DNA of 61,808 nt. Origin: Macrostomum lignano. Lineage: Eukaryota. A model generated the notes under the pieces. That model made no database searches, was not told the DNA's origin, and worked only from the letters and a program-made list of their open reading frames with translations. The first letter of the stretch is position 1; each line of letters begins with the position of its first letter. The DNA lies in NCBI GenBank assembly GCA_002269645.1, contig NIVC01002855.1, positions 1 through 61,808 of the forward strand. Reading direction: 5' to 3'. The position numbers and the translations under genes are program-made. Positions 13,183-23,897 of the stretch are shown here, one piece after another.

Positions 13183-16100
13183 CTACCGCACACCACTGGA
13201 ATCTACACTGGACAAGGGAGAGCAGAACTTATCCTGCAGACGACTGAGAAGGCGCAAAGTCGAATCTGAGCAGCGAGCTGCGGCGAGCCCGTCGGCGAGC
13301 TGCCTGACGGTGGGCGGAGCCGGCAACAGCCGCAGCGAATCCATGGCGGCGTCGGCCTCGAGCCGGCCGTCCTTCCGGGCCGCCAGCGCTGCATCGTTCA
13401 CGGCCTGCTCAGGGGCACCAAGGGCGCTTAGGAGCTCCGGCCACGTGTTGCGCAACGGCCCTGACCGGAAAATTGCCTGCAGAAGCTGAATCGGCGCAGG
13501 CTTCCCGGTGAAACGGCGCTGTTGCGGCTGCTGCGCCTCTGCCCTATCAAGGGGAGGAGCATCCACATCGAAGACCTTGCCCTGCACTAAGCCAACACGC
13601 AAGGCGGTGCCGAGCTGGTGCCGGAACTCGCTTGGCATGGCCGACGCCATACCGGAGTCACCGGGGTGTAGGCTGCTGCGAATGGTACCCGTAGTCCTAG
13701 TGATTGCATCGCCGTTGGTTGCCGCACAGCCACTGGCGATGTCTGCTTCAGCAGCTGGAGCTGCCGCACCCGCACTGTCACTCTCATCGGACTGCAACAG
13801 GGCGTACGCCAAGTCCTTCTCGCGACTGACGCCCTCACTCTGTGGAAGACCGAGCTCTTCGAGCTGCTGACACAGCCTGCTAAAGGGTGGGCGGAGGTTG
13901 GGCTCGCTTGCCAGACAGGACTGCATGATGTTAGTGACAGCAGAGTGCAGGCACTCGAATTCCTCGGCAGGCTGGCGAAGGCGCTGCGGGTAGGCGTTGA
14001 AGCAGTCTCGATCCAGGGCTTCGGTCAACGATTTCACGTGACGACCTTCGATCAGCATGTCTCGAAACTCGGCCACACTGTCACCGATGCGGTGCCTTAG
14101 CGAACTGCAGGTGAGGGCCTCAAATAAGCAGATGCCGAACAGGTATCGGTCAATAAATTCATCGGGACGGCGGAGGGGGTCGAGCAGCAGTTCTGGGGGG
14201 CGGCGCTCGATGCCAACCAGGTTCTCGAAGTGCAGCGTGTCTTGGCCAAGTGAGTCCTGCAAACTGCGGGACAGGCCGAAGTCCCCCAACTGTAAGGCAT
14301 TGGGGGGCATGATGATGATTTGCAGCATTAAAGTGAGAAGCCGAAATATTCAGCACAGGGACACTATTGGTAAGATTTAACACAAGAAATTTATTTGAAT
14401 TTATTTCTACGCTCGTAGGCTCGATTTTGTTTAAAACGCATTATTAAAAAGAAATAAATTCTATTAGTTAGAAATAAATTGGTACTTAGTAGTATCTCAC
14501 CTTCTGCACCTTCAATTTGCATATAACGCTAGTCTGTACAAGCAGCTCTGTAACAATCTAACTAACAATCCAGAAAAGGCATCTATCTACGAGGGATGTC
14601 CAAAAAGTAGTGATACTTTTAACCGTAGCTCTTGTTCTATAGCTTCCTGTGATTTAAAATTTTATGAATTGATAGCGGCAAATCTCTTCTACAGACTGCT
14701 TTTTGAATTTTTAAAATTGATACCAGAGAACAAAAGTTATACCCACAAAAGTAACAGTACCTGTACCATAGAGTTACACAAATTATAGGCTGAGCTTCAC
14801 GAGTTCCATGTCGAGTAAGCTTGGATGAATTGTTGATTTTGGCTTGTCCAACCTGTTAGCGATCTCTCTAATGGTCATTCGGGAGTCCTCGTCAAGAAGA
14901 TTCAGAATGGAGTCCGCCAGTACATCAGGTCAATGAACGCATGGCCGCCCCGTCCGATGCTGATCTGCCAAGTCAGCCTTCCCTCGCTGAACTGCTCCAT
15001 CCATCGATAAACTGTCATTTTGCTGACCACAGAGGATCCATGCGCAGAGCAAAGTTTTGCGTGAATTTCTGAGGCACTATGGCTAGCACCCCAAAGAGTG
15101 AAGATAGTACTTTGCTGAGCAACAACTGAGTGCACATCCATGAGTGTTGTCGAGTATGGGCAATGAAATCAATTGCAAAATGCAAGCTCCTCTGTTTGCA
15201 AGTAAAGTAATGAATTTAATGCTTTATTTTTCTGCGCATGATTCTGTGCATAGACAAATTTCAGTCAGTCACAGTGAGCATAATTTTGAAATTGGGCTTT
15301 GGTATTGCTTAAACAAGACATTTATCGATGCTTTCTTAATGAATAAGTGCAGAAGTCGACTATCATAAATTTTGATATAATTTGTGTAACTCTATGGTAC
15401 AGGTACTGTTACTTTTGTGGGTATAACTTTTGTTCTCTGGTATCAATTTTAAAAATTCAAAAAGCAGTCTGTAGAAGAGATTTGCCGCTATCAATTCATA
15501 AAATTTTAAATCACAGGAAGCTATAGAACGAGAGCTACGGTTAAAAGTATCACTACTTTTTGGACACCCCTCGTATATTGTTCACTTTTGTCTATGACCA
15601 AAATCATAACACAGACGAAACATCTGCGTCAGCCATAGACAGTTTTCTACTCCGGCAACAAGCATTGTACCATGATTTTTTTGCCTGGCGGGTACTCAAT
15701 CAATTTCTTTAATACCACAGACTACATTTAAGCCCGCATAAATCGAACAAGTCTGTCAAAACTTTAATATAATGCCCGCAAAATTGTTGGTTCAATCTCT
15801 TTGATACTGTACTGCAACTTGTTTCTAAACTGAAGTGCTGCATGAAAAGCTTCGTTTCATTAAATGAAATGTGTATGGTCGAAATGTGAGGCTTCGCCAT
15901 CACACCCACAGCGACCCACACTTTCCCCCCACTCTTTCATTCTTTCTCTCACTGCAGCGCCTTGCTGAGGCAAAAATGCCTATGATACAGTACCAGTGAT
16001 ACCCATGCTTTTTGGGCGTAAATTTGCTTTGCGGCGCCCTCAAATTCTCCATTCAAGCCCTAAGCCTTAGGGCATGGGTATTAACATACAATAGCTTTTT

Positions 16101-18905
16101 GTAGTCAGTTTGAGCTTAGGGATCAGCTGACCTAATCCAGAGTAGCAGAGCGCTACACTCAAGACAACTGCTGCCCCTAGTCTATGGCTAAAAATGTAAC
16201 TGGTGAGCAAAGACCTTATCTTTGGAGCATTCAACTTAGTCCTCTCATTGCTGCTAAAGGATTACTCTAACCTTCTCTAAGCTCTCTCTAACCTACAAAT
16301 CAGCAACAATATGAGCTGGGAAGCACGTTTGAAGCCCGTTTTTAAACCCAGTCGAAGAGGCACACGTATGCCCGAAGGCAGTAATTAAGTGCACGCTGGC
16401 ACTGCCCGGGTCGCAGCGGGAACTGGACAGCCCACCCCACTGATGCCGCTGTACCAATGGCGCATCTTAATCATGCAGAGGATCGCCGAAAGTAGAGGTT
16501 ACGGCTGCGAAGTGCGTGGACGGGCGGCCGTCAGTCATTGTGCCATCTTCCAGCCTGCATTGCCGGCCAGCCAATTTTGTGATAAGTTGCAGAGTCTGAC
16601 GAACATTAACACTACACCTCTTCACGTTCAATTTTGATCAAGTCCATTTCTAAAAAAAACTAGCGGAAATTCAATTCAGACAATTCAGACTGGAGCAACG
16701 CTTACGGAAAATCAAGAAAAAACCCCAGTTCAAAAGATTTTGCCACCGAAGCAAGGTTTAGCTATAGACAAAATTGTCCCCAGTCTGAATTGAATTTCCA
16801 CTAGTTTTTTAGAACTGGACTTTGATCAAAATTGAAGGTGAAAAGGTGTATTATAAACTTCTCGCGCTTACGTTTTAAATTACTGTTAGTTTCCTATGTT
16901 CTATCCAGAGAATATTGAGCATACATAGAATATCATTTTTTTATTAGAGGCAGGGGGGTTGTGTGCACCCTGGCGCACTTTAAGCGACATAGGCACACAA
17001 CCGGCGAGAGGCATTACTGCCCATTCCGCCGACTCCCCTGAGCAGGCATTTAAGCGGGCACACACTCACACAGGAGTGTACAGCGGCCCTAACTTTATTT
17101 TACCGTTAGGCATGTACACTTCACTGCGCATTGGGGGGTTGGCTCTCAAGGCCGTTAATTGCACGAGCAGAGCCAAGCCGAGATTCCAATTCAGCCCCAA
17201 ATTAATGTGACTGCACTTGGAATCGAGCCTGGGTCGCTGGCACACCAGAGCAGCTGCGCTACCGCTGGGCTACAGCCCCCCTACACAGCTTTATCAACGT
17301 ATCAGTTCTTCTCATTCCCAAACGGCGCGATTTAAGCACTTGTACGAGTATATTTATCACAAATATATTTTAGCTCAAAACACTTTAGTCTATGGTCCAA
17401 AGCCAAACTCCAGGCGGAAAGCGAAAATCGGCTTCACTTTTTAAAGCTACGTTGGCATTCTATGTATCTCAATATTTTCTGGTTCCATTCTAAAATTTAG
17501 TTCGCTTTCATTGTACTGCACTGCTTTACGATAATAAGAATGAAATTAAGATCCTAAAAGAGGAAATGGACTAAGTTGAATGCTCAAGATTGTCTTTGCT
17601 TACCAGTCACACTTTTGGGCCATAGACTAGGGCCAGCAGTTGTCCTGAGTGTAGCGCTCTGTCACTCTGGATTGTACCATGACCTTTGTGCCCGCTGGGC
17701 ACTTATTCTTGCCTTTTAATGCCATAGACTACATTTAAGCCCGCTTGCAGGAAAAAAATAGCGAAATTAGCGGGCAGTTAATGACATTTAACGCCCGATT
17801 ATTCTGTCCCACTTTGTCAAGGACACAAATGTCTATGGCACAACATTTAAATGTCTATGGTACTATTAAGTCAACTGCTCCTAAGCTCAAACCGACTGCA
17901 AAAAGATACGAGCGTCGTATATTATAAGACGACGTGCAACTTTAACTGTTTTAAAGATATGGATTGCCAATGGATTGCAAGAAAATGGAACATGTATTTT
18001 AAAGTGAAATCGGGTCCATAAATCAATTCTGATTGATTCAAGTGTCAAGTTTTTTGCTACTCGCGGTCTATTTAGGAATTTAGGAAGTAATCATTTAACT
18101 CACCTTGGCCCGCAGATTCATGTCGACGAAGACATTATCCACTGCCACATCTCTGTGCATCAGGACTGGCTGCCGATTCTCTTGAAGGAAGCGCAGGCCT
18201 TCGGCCACCTGGTGCAGCAGGTGCACCGCCAACCAGGGAAAGTTTTGGCAGTCCAACCGCTGCAGAGGCAGGAATTTAAACTATGATAGCAACAAAACTT
18301 AACTACCGGTATGGCAAGTAACAGCCAGATTAGTGAATTAGGAAAACTCACAAAGCTCTTCATAGTGTTGAACACCGTCCGCAGATTGCCGAACTTGAAG
18401 TACTCCATCACGTATCCAACAACCTGTCCGTCATCGTCAGTGCAGCTGGAGTAAATTCTGACAAATGCGTCACACTCAGTGCTGACCTGATGAAGCAAAA
18501 GTATCTCTTTAACCAGCCTATTCCGGATCCTGCGTGTTAGTGACGGTTCCCGGAAAGTTATTAGACTTCCATAAGCCAGTAAGGCAAAATGAAGCGAGCT
18601 CACCATTCTGGTCGCACACTGGAATTGGCAAGATTCAGTTTCTTCAGCGCACAATGGCGGCCATTTAAGACGCACTTGTGCACTGAGCCGAAGGAGCCCC
18701 GACCTTTAGGAGTGGCAAGAATGAAAAATTCTAAATTGTGCTTAAAAAAACAACCCTTCTCTCATCTCTTGCTGAGGCTCTACGAACTACCTATACTATA
18801 ATCTGGACAGTAATTACAAATAAGAAACTAACCAATTTGCTTAACAACACGAAGTTCAGCCAGCCTGCATTGCCGCAGTTCAGCAAAAGGCTGCGAGGTT
18901 GCCAT
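13183..18905 (-). CDS. Protein kinase with C-terminal death-domain-like region (RIPK1-like architecture), 5 exons (18905-18833, 18703-18604, 18529-18352, 18259-18104, 14289-13183)
   Basis: Spliced frame gives IGRGSFGSVH...CALKK...VKEI...YVMEY...HRDVAVDNVFV...KLGDFGLSR. C-terminal WPELLSALG...PTVRQLADGL fits a death-fold pattern. Confidence 0.88.
14590..15573 (-). mobile_element. Internally deleted mariner element in kinase intron 4
   Basis: ~200-bp near-perfect TIRs, TA on both sides (14588-89, 15574-75). HTH remnant SASEIHAKLCSAHG...VSKMTVYRWMEQF. Confidence 0.92.
16615..16848. mobile_element. TA-flanked MITE (Tc1/mariner type)
   Basis: ~65-bp TIRs CACCTCTTCACGTTCAATTTTGATCAAGTCC..., with TA at both ends. 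Confidence 0.72.
16955..17280 (-). mobile_element. tRNA-derived SINE
   Basis: Minus-strand head GGGGGCTGTAGCCCAGCGG (A box) ... GGCTCGATTCC (B box). Second copy at 19375-19572. Confidence 0.7.
17671..17837. repeat. Dispersed repeat containing a CATAGAC...GTCTATG-ended MITE; inverted copy at 61113-61277
   Basis: ATTGTACCATGACCTTTGTGCCCGCTGG...CCATAGACTACATTTAAGCCCG is present in both, plus a diverged copy near 15665-15740. Confidence 0.7.
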
Positions 18906-19374
18906 AGTTTCACCTGCCACAACGGACGGCCAGGAAAAGGCCTTCAAGACTGAAATACCAAGAGGTCAGTGTTATGCTGAGATTCTGTCCTGTAGTTTGA
19001 GATTAGAACAGCGATAAAATTATTGCTATCCAGCTAGCCAAAAAATTATGTAGATTGTAGGGCCAAATAGCGCTAAACTCCAGCAAAGCAATGAATTTTC
19101 GATTTCGAATTGAAAGGAGCTGAATAAATAGACTAACTACTGAACTAGCTATGGAATTCCAAGGAAGAGTATCGTAGCGGGCTAAGTACACAAGAGTAGA
19201 AACGTACTCTGGGTGAATTCCTATTCCTGTGCCAGACTTTACTGTACAAACTGATTCAAAAGACTTAGCAGTATAAAAAATTGAAATGTGACATGGAAAT
19301 TCTATGAGATTTCTCTAAATTAACCTATTAAGCTATTGTTTTAGAATTAAGGGGCTGTATGAACCCTGGCACAC

Positions 19375-19572
19375 TTCTATTTAGAGGCCCTAACTTCTAT
19401 TTACTGTTAGGCATAAAAACTTCATAGTGCCTTTGGTATTGGCCCTCACTGGCGTTAATTCATCAGAACACCCAAACTGAGATTTCAATTTAGCCCCAAA
19501 TTAATGTGACAGTACTTGGAATTGAGCCTGAGCAGCTGACACATGAGAGCGCTAGACCATGTAGCTAGGGCC
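19375..19572 (-). mobile_element. Decayed copy of the SINE at 16955-17280
   Basis: Aligns by eye (TTAGGCAT...GCCCCAAATTAATGTGAC...CTTGGAAT), with several CG>TG changes. Confidence 0.65.
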
Positions 19573-22500
19573 CTATGAATAAAGCTTACAAAAGATTCAA
19601 CTGAATTTGATTGGCACAACTGACTCACTCAGATAAGCATCACAAGCTCTTGAGAACTTGTATATTTTCATGCCTTACATTTCTGAGAAACAATGTACAG
19701 CTGACAGTGAGAATTTGACTATCAACAAATTAGGGGCTAAAGTGGAAACAAAGAGGCAAGCAAAGGCAAAGGTCTTAACTATGAGTAGAACTGAATAGGC
19801 ATCTGTAAAATAAATTTTCTCCCTAGACTGTTCCAGAAAGTTTAAATAAAAGATACCAAGTTAATGTATGCAAGTCAACTAATAAGCAAAAATGATTTTT
19901 TAGTAGTATAATAGTAGTATTCAGATAAAGTTGCTCACTTTGAGAGTAGGATAAACAAGTACTCATAGAAATGCAATTAATTAACATTTGAAGACAGACA
20001 TTTTTTGAAAATTCAATTATTTTATAAAACAAATTTCATGTACCTAGATGCATTGTCAAGTAGATTATTAAGAGCAAAGAAAAAAGAAAAAAAACAAATA
20101 TATATGTTTTGTATTAAATTAAGAGTATAAATAAAATGTATATTAGATTGGTTGATAATAGACCATATGTCAAGTGCAAAAAACCAGGGACAGGTTGAGT
20201 TGAGTAGGCAGAATAGAGTATCTGCACATCTGAAAGCTTTGCACATTAAAGCTCAGTCTCCCACTTTTAATATGCAACTTCAACATAGTGGCACTGGCAA
20301 TGTTCTTTGTATTATTTAAACTGATTTTGAGAGTTAGCACTGGTATGACATTGCTTATCTGCTTAATTCAACCTGCCCTTGATTATTTGTACTTCAACCT
20401 ATGTTGTTCAAACTTTGTTCTTACTCTATTCTTTGATATAAAAAAAATATAACACAACAAATAGGCATGCAAAATGCATTATAATAAATATTTGAATTTG
20501 AATTTTTAATTAATTTCTTTATATGTTGATTATTGCATTTTATTAGTAGTATTTATTATCAATGGTTGGTTGTCAATCAATTTGTTAGCATTTGATAGTC
20601 AATAATTGCTTTAGACCTTCAAATATTTGTTGCTAACTTGAAGATGCACTTCTATGATAGTCAGACATATTTAAGCATTTAAAAATATTTTATTAGCAAG
20701 ATCAAGCAACTTGTACATGCCCAACACCCATCCAACCCATCCGAACCAGATAGGTGAAATGGCTGCCAACCAATGTAAGTTGCAAAATTGAAAACGCAAA
20801 AAAATGAAAAAATAGAAGAAAGAAAGAGGAAAAGAAGGGAAAAGAAATAAAGGAGAGGAGAGAAAAGGGAAAGAGAGAGAGAAAAAAGAGAAAAAGGCAA
20901 GAAAAGTTATATACAAAGTGAAAATTAAGTCGCAATCAGCAGGAACTAAGTCACAAATCTGGACAAAACTAAGTTGCACCAGATGGGTGAAATTTTGAGG
21001 TTGGGCATGTATGAAGCTACTCAAACATGCCACAAGCCTATAGCCCATATAATGTTGTGATTGGTCAAAAGCTATTGATAACTTTGTTCCTTAGATAAAA
21101 ATTGATAATTTTTTAAAATTTAATCTTTAAAATCATACTAGTTGGTGACTCTATTGGTGACAACTGGATTTGTTAAAGTTTGAATACTAAATAATACATG
21201 GGCAATCTCTAAAATTATACTAGTAATTAGTCACACTCACACTAGTTGTTCACACTAGCTTAGTTAGTGACAATTTAAATTTGACTCTCAAAATGCAAAT
21301 TGCAATGTATACTTTAAGTTCAAATTTGTCAAAACAAGAAAAAATTATCAAAAAGCAGTTCAATTATCTTTACCCTTGGTCTACCACAATATGAGGACTA
21401 TACCAACTAGATTAGCCAAGTTAGCTAGCAATTGAGCATGCTTATATCATGCTTGGGTGCCACCTAGGGATTCACTTGGCTGTTTCTATTGGTAACACTA
21501 CACATGTAAGTCACTATTGGACAGAATAGTAGTCATGTGACTGCTTTTAGCCAATAGTGACTTATATGTGTGTTGCTAGTAGAAATGGCCAAGTGATTCT
21601 CAAGGTTGTGCATGTATGATTCATACGTAGGGTCTAGGGATCAGGTTCATGATCACTCACAATTTTGTGAATTCATGACCATTTCTTCACAATTGTGATT
21701 TTCTTGAAACCTATTCATGAGGTTGTGAATTTTTGCTTACTTTTTTATTTAAATTATAACTTAAATTTAAGTTACTATATAACCTACATCACAATTACAA
21801 TCATGTCCAACTTTGAAAATTTTACAAAATTTCATGCCTGACCAAAATTTTCTGCTTGTCCAACCTCAACTTATATGATATATATATATATACATTGGAC
21901 TATCTAGACCTTGCCAAGTAGGATAAGAATAGGCCTGAATGGTAAAAGAACTGGTTAAAAGGGCAATAGATCAAAAAGGTGATAGTCAAAAGGGCAATAG
22001 CCAAAAGGCCTCAGTCACAACAATTACAGTTAAATGGAAAGTATACCATGACAAAACCAAAGAATGATTCTCTAGCAATTTTTTTTTCTTTACCTTTCTC
22101 GTCCTGATCCCTAGATATCTAAAGATATACAATAGCAGCTTTTTTGTGTGCAATGTGCATATGCATCTAGCATCTTAAATTTTGAAATTGCACCCTGAAG
22201 TTAAAAAAGTAAGTGCAGTTTAGGCGCAGTCTCATTACTTATTTTTCCTTTTAAGCCTCATTTGCACTGCTTTAACATAAGAATAAATAAAGAGAAATTG
22301 CACTTTGAGCCTTAAAATTGCACTTTAAAATTACACACCCTGTCTTGTCTTGCACCTTTCAAAAAAACCCTAGTAGAATAGTATATATATATATATACTA
22401 TTCTATTCTATACTATTCTATGCAAACAAATGCATGCTGCTCACAGCAGGAAGCACTTATAAAAATCGGACTTTTGTGGCATGAAAGCCAAAATAAGCCA

Positions 22501-22697
22501 CTAACTTTTAAGGCATATACTTTTTTCAACACACATTAATACTTGTGAAAGCAAGCAGTGTCAAAGTAGTGTCACTTTTATATATATGTTATATATTATG
22601 TTATATATATATATATATATATATACACAAGGGGTGTCCTGAAAGTAGTGTCACTTTTGCTTGCTATATTTTGCTTGCCCTTGTGTATATATATATA

Positions 22698-23139
22698 CAC
22701 AAGGGGTGTCCTGAAAGTAGTGTCACTTTTGCTTGCTTTCACAAGTATTAATGTGTGTTGAAAAAAGTATATGCCTTAAAAGTTAGTGGCTTATTTTGGC
22801 TTTCATGCCACAAAAGTCCGATTTTTATAAGTGCTTCCTGCTGTGAGCAGCATGCATTTGTTTGCATACCCTTGCCTTGGCCATAGAAATACACACCACA
22901 TAATGCTTCTATGCTCACTCAGAAGAAAGCCACAAGTAGAGCTGATCAAGCGCAGAGTTGCAAGACAGCAGCTTGCAATATTTGTTCCTGTCATGGACCC
23001 TAACATTCACTCTACAGAAGGGCAGAGACATGCAATTTTCACACTTTGGAATCTTGGTCAGAAATGCCCTGAAATTCACGAAAACCTGACCAGTATTCAT
23101 GGTCCCAATGCCATCAGTCAACGAACAGTTTGTGGGGCG
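22698..23139 (+). mobile_element. Mariner left end and transposase N-terminal HTH, truncated
   Basis: TIR AAGGGGTGTCCTGAAAGTAGTGTCACTTTT is related to the 14590 element. ORF from 22993 MDPNIHSTEGQRHAIFTLWNLGQKCPEIHENLTSIHGPNAISQRTV. Confidence 0.8.
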
Positions 23140-23784
23140 CGGTCATTTCGTCTGCCGCCTTTTCGTCTGCCGGCAATAAGTAGCAATAAGTAGCAAAATA
23201 AGTTTTATAAATGGCTGAAATTAATTTATAGTTTATTTTTAATAGTTAGAATTTACTAGTAATTTTCAGATTTAGAATAAGATGTAGTATTTGTATTTTT
23301 TATTTTGCTTATCGCAATGTTTCCAAGAATTACAATTATTCGTATATAGCTTTAATTGACTACGTAGTAAGCTGTGAATGGGATTTATAATTTGTGCGCG
23401 TGTAACTTTACTTATAATAAGTAAAATAATTCTAACTCGACTAATTGCTTTTGAGCTTTGAAGCTTTGAGACGGTTAAGAGATAGTATGGCGTCATGCCA
23501 TATCATGACGAAAAAAATGCATTGAATTCGTTAAATTGCGTAGTTTTTAAATATAAACAAAAATATTCAGAAATTACTCGTTTAAGTCATTACTACTAAG
23601 AAATGATCCGATATCTTAATCACTGTTATCTCAAATATCTCAAATCTCAAATAAATGACAACAACTGACATATATTACACTTATTAATAAAACTTTACTA
23701 TTCGTTGGCAGACGAAACGACTGTATCGTACTCTTGCAGACGAAAGCTGGGTGGCAGACGAACTGGCGGCAGACGAAACGACCG
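23140..23784. mobile_element. MITE with TIR CGGTC(A/G)TTTCGTCTGCCGCC
   Basis: 23140-23159 inverted to 23765-23784, with repeated GGCAGACGAA subterminal motifs. No TSD found. Confidence 0.7.
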
Positions 23785-23897
23785 TCGTCTATTGGATCCA
23801 ATAGACGACGGTACTATAGTGGACTATTGGATCCACCTACAAACTGGGTTAGGTGGATCCAATAGTTTGAAGCTGGCAGAGCTAATCAGAGCTCTAC

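Noticed and set aside
13560-13625. RHIM motif in the kinase linker (GTALRVGLVQGKVF)
   Set aside because: Only loosely like (I/V)Q(I/V)G and lacks the conserved Gln and downstream Asn; too weak to call without an HMM.
20671-21048. Phe/Leu/Ser-rich membrane-like ORFs (also 39-497, 44872-45267)
   Set aside because: Translations of polypyrimidine or T-rich low-complexity tracts.
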